A stretch of 64,000 nt of DNA from Bdellovibrionales bacterium (lineage in GTDB: Bacteria > Bdellovibrionota_G > JALEGL01 > JAGRMV01): positions 3,763 to 67,762 of the forward strand of contig JAGRAZ010000001.1 of assembly GCA_020434345.1 (NCBI GenBank), given 5' to 3'. The position numbers and the translations under genes are program-made. Position 1 is the first letter of the stretch. Every line of letters starts with the position of its first letter. This document shows, piece after piece, positions 29,692 through 40,293 of the stretch. The notes below the pieces were generated by a model. It was not told the origin of the DNA. It did not search any database and saw only the letters and a program-made list of their open reading frames with translations.

Positions 29692-30013
29692 ACGAACCTC
29701 TTTTATCTATCAAACTAGATGTACTATTTTGGACCCCCCAAAATGAGCTGTATTTGAATTAACCAATCGCATCAATCTTGTCAATATCAAAAATGATAAT
29801 AATTCTCATTTTCATAAAAAGTGTGTATCATGGACTGTATGAGCACATCTGAAAAAGAGGTTATGGTTCAAAAAGGCCCCTGTGGCTACATTGCTGTGAA
29901 TTTTGGGTTGGGCACCTTCTACATCCCTAGAAAGCTTGCAGAAAGCCTTTGTAAGCACCTGCAAATCTGTCTAGAGGAAAAGGCAACCAGACCGTCAAAA
30001 GTCGCGTAATGCT

Positions 30014-30523
30014 TTAGGGCCGCATTGTCATGCGCTCAAACAGAACATCAAGAAGCGCATCCTTTTGACCATCCGTTAATAGATCCAATCTTGGGTCACC
30101 CATGCGAACTTTTGTAAGCACGACATCTTTTTTCATAGGCGCACTTAATCGACCCAAAGGTACAGCATCTACAAGTCCAAAATCTTTCAATCGAAACTGT
30201 TGGTGGTGCCCCTCTTCTTTCATTTGAGAAGTATAGGTTTTAGACATTAACAAAAAATGTGCATGCAAATCACTTGTAGGAAGCCCCAGATAGGATTGAA
30301 AATTTTCACAGTCCTGACAAACTTCTTTGTAGTGTTGATAAGCAAAAACAAATTTGACGGGTTCATTTCTGACATTGTGTTCTTGGTTTGTTCTAACCCA
30401 AATTTGTACCGGGCCTTGGTTTTCAAACTCGCCAACAATTTGTAACACAACTGAAACACGATCTTCTGCAACAGCACATGCAAAAACAATACAACCTAAT
30501 AAAAAAATAGAAATGAATTTCAT
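30014..30523 (-). CDS. Small secreted hypothetical protein.
   Basis: MKFISIFLLGCIVFACAVAEDR is a signal peptide. First of three tandem small secreted genes. Confidence 0.4.
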   Translation of the reverse strand: MKFISIFLLGCIVFACAVAEDRVSVVLQIVGEFENQGPVQIWVRTNQEHNVRNEPVKFVFAYQHYKEVCQDCENFQSYLGLPTSDLHAHFLLMSKTYTSQMKEEGHHQQFRLKDFGLVDAVPLGRLSAPMKKDVVLTKVRMGDPRLDLLTDGQKDALLDVLFERMTMRP

Positions 30524-30543
30524 ATACAACCTTTTTTACACTT

Positions 30544-31017
30544 TTATTTTACTTCATCTACGGCAATGAATGCTTCAATTGATTCTTCTAAAAATTCCAT
30601 TTTCATACTCAACTCATCAACATCAACTTTGCGAACTTTACCGTTCCATGATCGTGTAAAGCCTTTGGTTGAATATCGATAGGCTTTTTGTATACACGCA
30701 TCCGCTGTCATATTGGTAACTGTGTAAGTATATCGCGCATTTGATTCTGTATCCTCATACACACCGTCTGCCGACAAAGTACATTTTACGCTTTGGCCTT
30801 TGTAGCTTAAATCAAATCTTAGCAGTGAATCAAGATACATCGCGGTAAGACATGCATTGTATGCCTCATGTGTATTTGAAAAAAGTCTTCTGTCATGAAG
30901 AAATTCTAACTTTGTTTCTCCATCAATTTTCACAAAACCTTTACATTGCCAAAGTCGATTTTCCGCAAATACATTTGAAGATACAACCAACACCAATCCA
31001 ACAATCCATAATTTCAT
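30544..31017 (-). CDS. Small secreted hypothetical protein.
   Basis: MKLWIVGLVLVVSSNVFAEN is a signal peptide. Confidence 0.4.
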   Translation of the reverse strand: MKLWIVGLVLVVSSNVFAENRLWQCKGFVKIDGETKLEFLHDRRLFSNTHEAYNACLTAMYLDSLLRFDLSYKGQSVKCTLSADGVYEDTESNARYTYTVTNMTADACIQKAYRYSTKGFTRSWNGKVRKVDVDELSMKMEFLEESIEAFIAVDEVK

Positions 31018-31041
31018 ATACAACTCCTGCCTTAATACATT

Positions 31042-31383
31042 TTAAAAATGTGCAAAAAAGCCCCAATCACAAGACTCTACATACTCAATGAAAAAACGTT
31101 TGGTAACCGTGTGTACAACACCAAGTCTTCCCATTTTTTCTTTGATATCCACATACTCTTTGTTTTCGTAAGAGTCACAAAATGCATTGCACTGTGCTTC
31201 CGTAAGACCATTTTTACTAAAATTACGCTCATTATGATCATCATGTCGATCTACAATGGTGAGCCCGTTGGCATTGGGACCATAATGACCGACAAGTTCA
31301 ACCTGACACAATCCTGTCTCTTCCGCAAAACCGAGATTCACAAAACACAGTATTGTTACAACAATCCACCCTAATCTTTTCAT
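31042..31383 (-). CDS. Small secreted Cys-containing hypothetical protein.
   Basis: MKRLGWIVVTILCFVNLGFAEE is a signal peptide. Six Cys. Confidence 0.4.
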   Translation of the reverse strand: MKRLGWIVVTILCFVNLGFAEETGLCQVELVGHYGPNANGLTIVDRHDDHNERNFSKNGLTEAQCNAFCDSYENKEYVDIKEKMGRLGVVHTVTKRFFIEYVESCDWGFFAHF

Positions 31384-31427
31384 AGTGACGCTTGATATCA
31401 GTATTGATAATGAAAATCAATAGCGAA

Positions 31428-32177
31428 TTATAAGTCTTCGTACCGCACATCCCACAGGAATAAGCCCTGCGCTGGGGCTGTTTCTCCTGCCTGACTTCGA
31501 TCCTGACTTTGTAAAATCTTTTGAAATACATCCGGATTCTTTTTTCCGGTACCAATCTCCATCAACGTGCCCATGATACTTCGAATCATATGGCGCAGAA
31601 AACCACTTCCTGAGAATTCAACATAATCTACGCCCGCCTCAGTCTTACCAAACGTTACTTCAAATATGGTTCTAACTGTAGATTTGGTGACAACACCGTG
31701 TGTTGCAAAGCATGCAAAATCATGTTCACCAAGCAGCGCCTTCGAGGCTTGCTCCATCAAAGTCACATCGAACGGTGTAAAAACATGCCACGTGTAACGT
31801 GCTTGAAACACATCAGGGACTTTTTGATAGGAAAAAAAATACCGATACACTTTGCTTTTTACATGACGAATGACATGAAAATCTTGATCAACCTCTTTAG
31901 CCTCAAACACGCGAATATCTTGTGGAAGCAGTGAGTTGGTTCCACGAATAAAAGCCTCTGTTGGCGTTGTGGATGTTTGCAAAAAGAAGTTTGCAACTTG
32001 CTTTCTTGCATGCACGCCTGCATCCGTTCGACCTGAACCCAAAAGTACAACGGATTCATTCGCAACGATTGATAGTGCATTCTCTACAAGTTCTTGCACG
32101 GTCTCATGATTGGGTTGTTTTTGCCAACCCACATAATTGGTTCCGTCATATGCAATATAAATACAAATGTTTCTCAT
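31428..32177 (-). CDS. truA: tRNA pseudouridine(38-40) synthase.
   Basis: MRNICIYIAYDGTNYVGWQKQPN...GRTDAGVHA is the TruA catalytic Asp motif. Confidence 0.85.
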   Translation of the reverse strand: MRNICIYIAYDGTNYVGWQKQPNHETVQELVENALSIVANESVVLLGSGRTDAGVHARKQVANFFLQTSTTPTEAFIRGTNSLLPQDIRVFEAKEVDQDFHVIRHVKSKVYRYFFSYQKVPDVFQARYTWHVFTPFDVTLMEQASKALLGEHDFACFATHGVVTKSTVRTIFEVTFGKTEAGVDYVEFSGSGFLRHMIRSIMGTLMEIGTGKKNPDVFQKILQSQDRSQAGETAPAQGLFLWDVRYEDL

Positions 32178-32283
32178 GAAAAACCCAAGCCCTCTTTGGC
32201 ATTGTTTTTAAAAAAAATCAAAACAATGCCAAGAAAGCATTTTTCATACAAAAGTTTCTATTTTTTCTGATATAATAGTAGAG

Positions 32284-32775
32284 ATGCGCAAGCTGTTGTT
32301 TTTTATATATATTTCTGCTTTCATGAGCACAACCTCATGCCAGCTACCCCCGATCCTTGCGCAAATGCAGGCCAATATTAATATTTCTTCTCAAACACAA
32401 AGCTCTCAAAACTCCGTCGCCAACGTCAACTTCACAGCCGTCAACAGAGAGGTCATCAGCGGACAAACGATCATTTCGTTTTCAAATTCTGATGGTTATA
32501 CAATTCAGTTTCAACTTTTGGGCGCAAATGTTGGCGCTGGCACTTACGACATGGGCTCAGGCAATTCATTGACGGGTTCATTTACACTGACCAACAATGG
32601 ACAAGCTTTTGTTGTAAATGTGGTGAGCACAAGCCTTGGCGAGCTAGTCATCAACAGCATCAATGCATCGGATTCAACGATTTCTAGTATGGTTGGATCA
32701 TTTGAAGTCAATATTACTTCAGGAGATCCAGAGCAAGACGCCGATGGCGTATTGGTTGGAACAATTAGTTTTTAA
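32284..32775 (+). CDS. Lipoprotein, unknown function.
   Basis: MRKLLFFIYISAFMSTTSCQ is a lipobox. Ser/Thr/Asn-rich. Confidence 0.4.
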   Translation: MRKLLFFIYISAFMSTTSCQLPPILAQMQANINISSQTQSSQNSVANVNFTAVNREVISGQTIISFSNSDGYTIQFQLLGANVGAGTYDMGSGNSLTGSFTLTNNGQAFVVNVVSTSLGELVINSINASDSTISSMVGSFEVNITSGDPEQDADGVLVGTISF

Positions 32776-33808
32776 ACCAATTCTTTTCAATAACATCTTC
32801 CAGAATTTGTACTGCATTGAGCGCTGCACCTTTACGCAAGTTGTCTGATACAACCCACATGTTTACTGAGCTTTCATTCAAACCATGCCGAACACGCCCA
32901 ACGTATACATCATCTTTGGCCTGACAATCCGTAAGAATAGGATAAATATTATGTTCAGGTGCATCTAAAAGTTTCACTCCTTTTGCAGACGCAAGCAATT
33001 CACGCACCTCATTAATCACGACCGGGCTTTTCATTTGCAAGGTGAGAGACAAACCGTGCCCAACAAAAGTAGGTACACGTACACATGTTGAAGATACGTT
33101 GATGTTTTGATCTAAAATCTTTTTCGTTTCGTTCTTCATTTTGTTTTCTTCTTCTGAATATCCATCTTCATCCAGTGCTCCTATGACTGGAATACAATTG
33201 AACGCAATTCGATGTGAAAACACTTTATTGGTTGATTCACCCATCTGAAAAATGGTTTGCACCTGCATCGATAGTTCTTCGATGCCTTTTTGTCCTGCAC
33301 CCGAAACAGATTGATAGGATGAACAAATCACAGACTCAATAGGCATGCTTTTGTGGATCGGGGCAATGGCCATAAGCATTGCAATTGTTGTGCAGTTTGG
33401 GTTCGCTATAATATTCTTAGGTGGCTTCTGGCTCAAAACTTCGCCGTTAATTTCAGGAATAATTAAAGGAACATCTTTGTTCATTCGAAAATAGCTGCAA
33501 TTATCGATTGCAACGACTTTTGAAAGATTTTTTTGATTCAAAAATGTTTGACTCATTTTTGAACCTGCTGAACAAATCACAACATCAACTTCTTCAAAAA
33601 AATCATCCGTAAGCTCTACTACATCAAGTGTTTCCCCCATAAATTCTAGGGTTTCTCCTACCGATTTTTTACTCGCAGCCAAATGAATGGATCGAGGAAC
33701 AAGCTCTCTTTGTGATAGAATTTCTAACACTTGCTTACCTACAACACCTGTTGCACCAATAATACCTACTCTTACATTTGAAATATCCATTAAAGATTCC
33801 TTTCTCAC
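32765..33808 (-). CDS. asd: Aspartate-semialdehyde dehydrogenase.
   Basis: VRVGIIGATGVVGKQVLEIL is the NAD(P)-binding N-terminus. Length 347 aa. Confidence 0.9.
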   Translation of the reverse strand: MRKESLMDISNVRVGIIGATGVVGKQVLEILSQRELVPRSIHLAASKKSVGETLEFMGETLDVVELTDDFFEEVDVVICSAGSKMSQTFLNQKNLSKVVAIDNCSYFRMNKDVPLIIPEINGEVLSQKPPKNIIANPNCTTIAMLMAIAPIHKSMPIESVICSSYQSVSGAGQKGIEELSMQVQTIFQMGESTNKVFSHRIAFNCIPVIGALDEDGYSEEENKMKNETKKILDQNINVSSTCVRVPTFVGHGLSLTLQMKSPVVINEVRELLASAKGVKLLDAPEHNIYPILTDCQAKDDVYVGRVRHGLNESSVNMWVVSDNLRKGAALNAVQILEDVIEKNWFKN

Positions 33809-34683
33809 AAATCAATTTCAGGAAGCAAGTCCATCATCAACCTTGTCATGATCAACAAAGATTTTTTAGAAACCAAGTCCATATTGTCTTTTTCAGTATG
33901 CCAGTAATATCCCGGAGTCTGGCGACCTCCAAACGTAAAGTCCATGAGGTGTAACGATGCAATTCCCTTTTGAATAAATGGGATATGATCATCCTCAACA
34001 TACGACCATTTTTCATCTAGCAAATGCTGCATATTGTTTTCTTTTAAAACTCTTTCCAAAATCTGTAAAAGTTTTGCATCTGAACCACGTGATCGAATAA
34101 GCTGTAGATCTTCATCACTGATCATATCCAATACAACCACAGCCTGAATTAAAGAAGGGTCAGAAATTTGATCTGCATACGCTTTTGACCCGTACAAACT
34201 ATCATTACGTGACCAATGCATAAAAGCTTCTTCACCATCAACCAACAACACACGAATGGTATGCGTAAATTGCTGACTTTTTATCCAAGGGCTTAATGCA
34301 AGCAAGAGCCCCACACTGGAAGCGGCATCATTGGCTCCTACAAATGTAATCTTATCAATTTTTTTACTGTCGTAGTGTGCTACCAAAAGAATTTGCTTTG
34401 TGCTTTTACCTTGAATATCAAAGTAAAGATTTTTCATTTGGATTTTGCCTACTGGTGTTGTGGACTCAAAATGCTGTTCTTGTAACACCCAACCCATTTT
34501 TGAGACCTGTCCTCGAATGTAGTTTTGAACTTTTTCAATACCCTTTGATCCGGGATCACGAGGCCCTATTTTTACGATATTTTCAGTCTGCTGATAGGCT
34601 TGATCAGCGACTTCTTGAACTTGAGGATCATTGCATCCCCATAGGCCCAAAAGTAGAACAACTGTTAATCTGCGAAGGAGCAT
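33805..34683 (-). CDS. M28-family peptidase (aminopeptidase / glutaminyl-cyclase-like), secreted.
   Basis: LLVAHYDSKKI...FVGANDAASSVGLLLAL...LLVDGEEAFMHW are the M28 zinc-ligand motifs. Signal peptide. Confidence 0.6.
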   Translation of the reverse strand: MLLRRLTVVLLLGLWGCNDPQVQEVADQAYQQTENIVKIGPRDPGSKGIEKVQNYIRGQVSKMGWVLQEQHFESTTPVGKIQMKNLYFDIQGKSTKQILLVAHYDSKKIDKITFVGANDAASSVGLLLALSPWIKSQQFTHTIRVLLVDGEEAFMHWSRNDSLYGSKAYADQISDPSLIQAVVVLDMISDEDLQLIRSRGSDAKLLQILERVLKENNMQHLLDEKWSYVEDDHIPFIQKGIASLHLMDFTFGGRQTPGYYWHTEKDNMDLVSKKSLLIMTRLMMDLLPEIDL

Positions 34684-34710
34684 GAAAAAGGCTATATCAC
34701 ATTGATTAAA

Positions 34711-34750
34711 AAAAAGGACGTGAAAGCATGAAAACTTTCACGTCCTTTTT
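34711..34750 (-). terminator. Rho-independent terminator after the DUF465 gene: perfect 16-bp stem, 8-nt loop, then a U-run on the minus strand.
   Basis: aaaaaggacgtgaaag-catgaaaa-ctttcacgtccttttt. It lies 25 bp downstream of the stop at 34776. Confidence 0.65.
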
Positions 34751-34775
34751 GGACAGTTTTACAAATAATGTTTAA

Positions 34776-35009
34776 CTATGCGAGCGCCTCAAACTTCGCG
34801 ATGATTTTCTTTTCCATGATATCTCGACCGCTGAGCTTCTTTTTTTGTAATTCTTTTCGAAGTCTCTCCTCTTCCAAACTCAAATACTTTTGTTTATCCA
34901 GCTCTGCCAAACGCTCCTCTAGATCTTGATGCTCTTCAAACAACCTTTTGTACTCAAAATCAGATTTGATAAGGTCTGAAATAATGTTTTGTCTTTTTTG
35001 TGTATCCAT
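34776..35009 (-). CDS. DUF465 (YdcH-like) family small protein.
   Basis: 77-aa coiled-coil protein ...DLIKSDFEYKRLFEEHQDLEERLAELDK... matching the DUF465 pattern. Confidence 0.55.
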   Translation of the reverse strand: MDTQKRQNIISDLIKSDFEYKRLFEEHQDLEERLAELDKQKYLSLEEERLRKELQKKKLSGRDIMEKKIIAKFEALA

Positions 35010-35258
35010 AGGACTCCTTTTCTTTCAAAATGATGTTTGATTCTAGTTCACTTGAATGTAACACAAGATCCAAAATGAAAAAAAGAGGAAAAAAAATTTC
35101 CACTTAATGCTTTGTTCCAAGAACTTTCATATACAGTTTTACAGCAGTATAAGGCCAGATTTAAAATAATATACAGTATTTTCAATAGGTTAACATTTCC
35201 AAAAGTTGGTCCAATCTTTGCTATAGATAAGGTATAATACTGGGAGGAGATACTTTCA

Positions 35259-36314
35259 TTGGAAATTTTATGTCAAAACTGTGGTTTTGCCTTTGATTCT
35301 CCGCTCGAGAACATTGGCAAGATTGGCTATACGCAATGCGAAAACGTATTTCGTATGGAGTATGGCATTAAAATTCCTTGTCCATCCTGTAAGGAAATCC
35401 TCAAAGTTTTACCAGACCAATCCATGTTTGTGGGCATTCCAATTTCGACTTTTTCAAAAGCTACAAAAAGCCCAGAACTGGGTGATAGCGACAATACAAT
35501 TCGTGATGAACCCAAAATCATCACATTTTCTGTAAAGGTTGATGAAGATAGAACTGTCGTTCGATCCAAGCCTTTTGTAGAAAAAAAGAAAACATCAAAG
35601 TCCTTTTTCTCATCTACTGAAAATTTACAAAAAATTTCACTTGCCGCCTCTTGCTGTCTTTTTACGTTAAGTATTTTTTTTATTTTTAAAAACGAGAAAA
35701 CCATCTCTTCTGTAGAAAAGAAAGTTGATATTGTTTCAAAATATTATGAAGAAGAATATGCCGATGCACTTTCTGACATAGACGATTATCATGTCCACGA
35801 AGATTACTCTCTTGAAGAGTCAACAGACTCAATGGGTGGCCTTAAAGATGAAGCTACAACCCAACTGAGCATGACAGAAGAACAACTTTTAAACGTCAAA
35901 AAAACAAAATCTGATCTACAACTTTTGTACCTTCCTTCCTTAAGCAAGGTTACATCCAGCTATGGCGTAAGACTAGACCCGTTCACGCGAAAACTTGCAT
36001 TTCATGGTGGTGTAGATTTCAAAGCTGAAGAAGGAACCAACGTTCATGCTGCACTTGATGGCGTTGTTGAATACGCGGGACGTAAAGGGCTATTCGGTAA
36101 TGTTGTAATCCTCAAGCACAAAAAGGGATACAAAACACTATATGCGCACCTACAAAAGACACTCGTGAAAAAGGGCCAAGAAGTAACACGCAAAGACATT
36201 ATCGGACTAGCAGGATCTACAGGAAGATCAACAGGATCACATCTACACTTTGAGCTTCATTATAAAGGAAAAAAGAAAGATCCACTTCAAGCTGACTTGA
36301 TACCCAAAGGTTAA
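35259..36314 (+). CDS. M23-family peptidoglycan metalloendopeptidase with an N-terminal zinc-ribbon and a TM segment.
   Basis: The C-terminal FHGGVDFKAEEGTNVHA...GNVVILKHKKGYKTLYAHL...GSTGRSTGSHLHFELH are M23 motifs. N-terminal CQNCGF...CPSCKE. TTG start after a GGGAGGAG SD. Confidence 0.8.
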   Translation: MEILCQNCGFAFDSPLENIGKIGYTQCENVFRMEYGIKIPCPSCKEILKVLPDQSMFVGIPISTFSKATKSPELGDSDNTIRDEPKIITFSVKVDEDRTVVRSKPFVEKKKTSKSFFSSTENLQKISLAASCCLFTLSIFFIFKNEKTISSVEKKVDIVSKYYEEEYADALSDIDDYHVHEDYSLEESTDSMGGLKDEATTQLSMTEEQLLNVKKTKSDLQLLYLPSLSKVTSSYGVRLDPFTRKLAFHGGVDFKAEEGTNVHAALDGVVEYAGRKGLFGNVVILKHKKGYKTLYAHLQKTLVKKGQEVTRKDIIGLAGSTGRSTGSHLHFELHYKGKKKDPLQADLIPKG

Positions 36315-36871
36315 TCAGCCATACTTTTCTCAGCACTTTCTAAAAGCGCAACACCATGATTGTGATTTAACGTCTGATCGAAAAATGTATAAAAGTGCGA
36401 AAGCAGATCACGATCTTCAAACTCTTGGCGAAGTTCTTTTAAAGCAAAAAGACGGTGCTCTTGATTTTCACTTTGCATAATAATTTTCTTCATCAAATGA
36501 AACCGAGATCCCTCCGCCTCATAACGCTCTTTCTTCATACCCAAAAGACGATAAAGATGCACAAGCATGGTTGCACAGAATATTGCTTCTGGTGTGAGTG
36601 AATACTCATCAACCGTTTTCTTGCAGTAATAGATTGAATACTGATATTGCTTTTCATAGAAGTATACAAAAGAAAGGGACGTCCAAACCAAGGGCATCAT
36701 CTCTACTGGTGCCATGGTGAGCATATTCTTAAGCGCTTTAAGAGACTTAGAACGTGTTTTATCACGGTCCATTTGAAGCAAGATACGGCGTAGCTTTATT
36801 TCAAAAATTTCAATCTCGATTTTTTTGGAATGACTTTTTTTGCGCTTCTGCATACCCCCATTATACAACAC
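36311..36871 (-). CDS. Hypothetical cytoplasmic protein.
   Basis: ORF of 186 aa. No family recognised. The real start may be the internal MQKRKK. Confidence 0.35.
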   Translation of the reverse strand: MLYNGGMQKRKKSHSKKIEIEIFEIKLRRILLQMDRDKTRSKSLKALKNMLTMAPVEMMPLVWTSLSFVYFYEKQYQYSIYYCKKTVDEYSLTPEAIFCATMLVHLYRLLGMKKERYEAEGSRFHLMKKIIMQSENQEHRLFALKELRQEFEDRDLLSHFYTFFDQTLNHNHGVALLESAEKSMAD

Positions 36872-36903
36872 ACACCCAAAGCAAAGAGAAAAAAAGTAAC
36901 TTT

Positions 36904-38355
36904 TTATTTTGGAATTTTTATTTTTTTACTTTGATTTTCGAGAAACAAATACGTTATAATAATGCTTCCTAAAACAAGCCATATCACTTCATTCGGCACC
37001 CAACCCATTTCAATTGGCTTATACCCCTCTCTTAAAAACGTATCGGAAAAATCAATAAAAACAGAGGTAACTTCGGTTTGCACCCTTGCTGCCACAGTTA
37101 TAACCATTGGTATGGAAACACATAAGGCTAAAAGCAAAATAAAAGAAGTCATAATCATCACCATGCCAAAGGTAGGAACAATAAATATATTGTACACAAA
37201 TGATAGTGGATTCCATTGATCAAAAAATAAAATTAAAAAAGGCGAAGTCCATAGATATGCCGCCATGCAAACAAGAAAATGTATCCACACTTTCTGTTTC
37301 CATAAATGTGTTTTTATATTTTCTCTTTGATACAAAAGTAGCGTCCATATTATGCCTACAACAGCTGAAAAGCTCAGAACAGACGATATAGACAAAATCT
37401 CAAATGGAAACAGAATCATTGTTGCCCACAATGTTACAATAAGAACAAAAAGAAAACTTCTTCGAAAGCCGATAGATGTTTGAAAAAGATAGATTGTAAT
37501 AAATGCCCACGCACGAAATGTTGGAACCGTAACTTCAAGCCATTTCCATAGAAATAGCGTTACAAAAAGCCAAGAACAAAAAGAGACAAGTATCTGAAAA
37601 TTTCGTTGATGATGTATCCAACAACAAAAGGCAAAAGAAAAAATAAACATCGCAAATCCATAAAGAAGCGCCACATGAAAACCAGAAAAAACAAACAAAT
37701 GAATGATCCCAACATCTCTCCATATATTCTTGATCGAAGAATCAACAAACCTTGATTTACCCTCTACAAGCGCTTGGAATATTTGATAGGACGGTACGGG
37801 TAAAAGTATTTTCGCCCTTTGCATAATTTTTTGTTTGTACGTTGGCGCATGCTTGGAAACATAACTCCACTTTTGATCACTACGAATCACCGTTGTCCAC
37901 GCATTGAGCTTATCATCGAATTTGATTTTGCTTTGAAAGCGAATAATATCGCCCTCTTTTGGATAGACAAACGTATACATTCGGGCCGTGACTCTCTGAG
38001 AGAGACTTTCCCAGAGATTACCATTACGCACGCCTTCAACACACAAATCTAAACTATACATTTGATCTGTTGGAATAACTGCCGAACAAACCCTTGCCTC
38101 ATATAGATTCTGCTTATTTTCAATGGCGATCACGGAAGGATTATAGACAAATCGACTTACCCCATGATGAAACATAAAACTTACGGCCACCACTGCGCCC
38201 ATAAGACCGATCCAACGATTTTTTTCACTCGTGCTCAAAAGCAAACAGACAAGACAACTTACAAAAAGGATTCCCCCGATCCACCACGCAATATGCGCGT
38301 AAGAAAATGCAATTCTACCTAGAGCGAATGCCAGAAAAAGATGAAGAAGTCGCAC
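36904..38355 (-). CDS. comEC: ComEC/Rec2-family competence membrane protein (DUF4131 plus competence domain; no beta-lactamase domain).
   Basis: Polytopic membrane protein. GDIIRFQSKIKFDD is the OB-like N-terminal part. IGIIHLFVFSGFHVALLYGF resembles the competence-domain LLAISGLHV motif. Confidence 0.55.
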   Translation of the reverse strand: MRLLHLFLAFALGRIAFSYAHIAWWIGGILFVSCLVCLLLSTSEKNRWIGLMGAVVAVSFMFHHGVSRFVYNPSVIAIENKQNLYEARVCSAVIPTDQMYSLDLCVEGVRNGNLWESLSQRVTARMYTFVYPKEGDIIRFQSKIKFDDKLNAWTTVIRSDQKWSYVSKHAPTYKQKIMQRAKILLPVPSYQIFQALVEGKSRFVDSSIKNIWRDVGIIHLFVFSGFHVALLYGFAMFIFSFAFCCWIHHQRNFQILVSFCSWLFVTLFLWKWLEVTVPTFRAWAFITIYLFQTSIGFRRSFLFVLIVTLWATMILFPFEILSISSVLSFSAVVGIIWTLLLYQRENIKTHLWKQKVWIHFLVCMAAYLWTSPFLILFFDQWNPLSFVYNIFIVPTFGMVMIMTSFILLLALCVSIPMVITVAARVQTEVTSVFIDFSDTFLREGYKPIEMGWVPNEVIWLVLGSIIITYLFLENQSKKIKIPK

Positions 38356-38360
38356 AAGGA

Positions 38361-40223
38361 TTACTCCTCATCAAGAGTGACATTTTGATTGCTCAAGAAA
38401 TATTGCAAAACAGAAGTCGCTGTTACATCATTCATTCCTGTAACACGTAAGAGTTCTTCTTTGGTTGCGCGTTGAATGTGATCAATGGATCCAAAGTGAG
38501 ACAAAAGACGTTTTTGCCTTGTAGTGCCAATACCCGGAATCTGCGTCAGCATAGAACTCAATGTCTGCTTACTTCGTTGATTACGGTGATGCTTGAGTCC
38601 AAAACGATGCGCTTCATCCCGCACTCGCTGAAACAGCTGCAATATGGGTGACTGTATTGGAAATACAACCGAATTTTTCTGACCCGGTATATAAATTCTT
38701 TCTGGAGCATATTTGATACCACTTTTGGTTTTTAGCTCCTTTTCCTTGGCGATAGAAAGTACAGGTATATTGAGCTCTAACTTTGAAAGCACTTCCACAG
38801 CCTGCGCCAGTTGACCTTTCCCTCCATCGATAAGTAAAAGGTCAGGTTTTTGATGATCTTGAAGTTTTTTTAATCTTCTTGTCAGCACTTCCCGCAAAGA
38901 GGCAAAATCATCCGGACCCTTGACTGTTTTGATGCTGTAGATTCGATACTGATTTGTGTCTTTCTCACCATTTGTAAATACAACTTGAGAACCAAACGAT
39001 TGCATGCCCTGAAAATTTGAGATGTCATAGCCTTCTATTCTTTTTGGAAGCGTTGGAAGTTGGAATTTTTTTTGTATGTCTTCTAATGTTTGAAGTGTTT
39101 TTGTACTCTGCCGCTTTTTTTCTAAGAAAATAACTTCAGCATTTTTGGTTGCAAGATCAACATATTTTTTCTTTTTGCCTTTTTGTGGAATACGAATGTG
39201 AAGCGCATGTTTTGCTTTATCCGCAAGCAATTCTTCCATGGCATGTGCGTCTTCAAAGGAAAATGGAAGAAGTATCTCTTTCGGAAAGGTTCTTTGGGAA
39301 AAATCTTCAAGATAGTACAATTGCATAAAGGACCGCAAAACATCTTCTTTAAAACGAATAGATTCATCCAAGTAGTATTCGTCTGCATCTACAAGTGTAC
39401 CAGCACGTATCTTGACCAGTTTAATCAATGTGGCTTGTTCATCACCTGTTATACCTACAACATCCAAATGATCTTGAAATGCTTCTCTTGACTCTGCCTT
39501 TTGAGGTGTCAGTGTTTCTTCAATGGCCAGTATTTGATCACGATAATGTGCAGCCTGCTCATACTGCATGTCCACAGAGGCTTTTTTCATTTTGTCCTCT
39601 AACATACCCACAATGCTCTTGTAATCACCCTTCATGAAATCTTGGATTTGCAAAACCTGTTCCATATACTCATCTTGTGAAACCTTTTTTACACATGGCG
39701 CACTACAAAGATGAATTTGGTAACGTAAACAAGGTCTTATCCGCGTTTTAAAGAAATAATCTGTGCAGTCACGAACCTGAAAAATTTTTTGCAAAAGTTT
39801 AAGCGTATGATTAACGGACGATACCGATGAGAAGGGTCCAAAGTATGTACCACCATCATGCATAATATTTCTGGTTTTATACAGACGTGGGTACACATGC
39901 TTGGTCAACTTTAAGCTTAGGTATGTTTTATCATCCCGATACATAATGTTGTATTTGGGGCGATAGGTTTTAATCAGGTTGTTTTCAAGAATCAGTGCTT
40001 CTTTTTCATTGTCTGTGACAAACCATTCTACGGTATCAACTTTGGGTACCATCAACGCAATGGATGGACGAGAATCGGACTGGGGATTGATATAAGACCT
40101 GAGCCGATCTTTCAGGCGTATGGCCTTACCCACATAAAGATATGCCCCTGCAGCGTTTTTAAAAATATAGACGCCGGGCTGTTTCGGCGCGCGGGATATT
40201 TGTTCTTTGACCTGTTCTTTCAT
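38361..40223 (-). CDS. uvrC: Excinuclease ABC subunit C.
   Basis: The GIY-YIG N-terminus GVYIFKNAAGAYLYVGKAIRLKDRLRSY, a 620-aa length, and a C-terminal HhH. Confidence 0.9.
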   Translation of the reverse strand: MKEQVKEQISRAPKQPGVYIFKNAAGAYLYVGKAIRLKDRLRSYINPQSDSRPSIALMVPKVDTVEWFVTDNEKEALILENNLIKTYRPKYNIMYRDDKTYLSLKLTKHVYPRLYKTRNIMHDGGTYFGPFSSVSSVNHTLKLLQKIFQVRDCTDYFFKTRIRPCLRYQIHLCSAPCVKKVSQDEYMEQVLQIQDFMKGDYKSIVGMLEDKMKKASVDMQYEQAAHYRDQILAIEETLTPQKAESREAFQDHLDVVGITGDEQATLIKLVKIRAGTLVDADEYYLDESIRFKEDVLRSFMQLYYLEDFSQRTFPKEILLPFSFEDAHAMEELLADKAKHALHIRIPQKGKKKKYVDLATKNAEVIFLEKKRQSTKTLQTLEDIQKKFQLPTLPKRIEGYDISNFQGMQSFGSQVVFTNGEKDTNQYRIYSIKTVKGPDDFASLREVLTRRLKKLQDHQKPDLLLIDGGKGQLAQAVEVLSKLELNIPVLSIAKEKELKTKSGIKYAPERIYIPGQKNSVVFPIQSPILQLFQRVRDEAHRFGLKHHRNQRSKQTLSSMLTQIPGIGTTRQKRLLSHFGSIDHIQRATKEELLRVTGMNDVTATSVLQYFLSNQNVTLDEE

Positions 40224-40293
40224 TTTTCTTCACTTTTACCATCAAATCGTTATCTTACATACCATCATCATGTAACAATAAAGGAGGCTTTCT

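Noticed and set aside
29821-30009. 62-aa plus-strand ORF in the gap between secreted-protein genes.
   Set aside because: No SD, no signal peptide or motif. It may be real but is unsupported.
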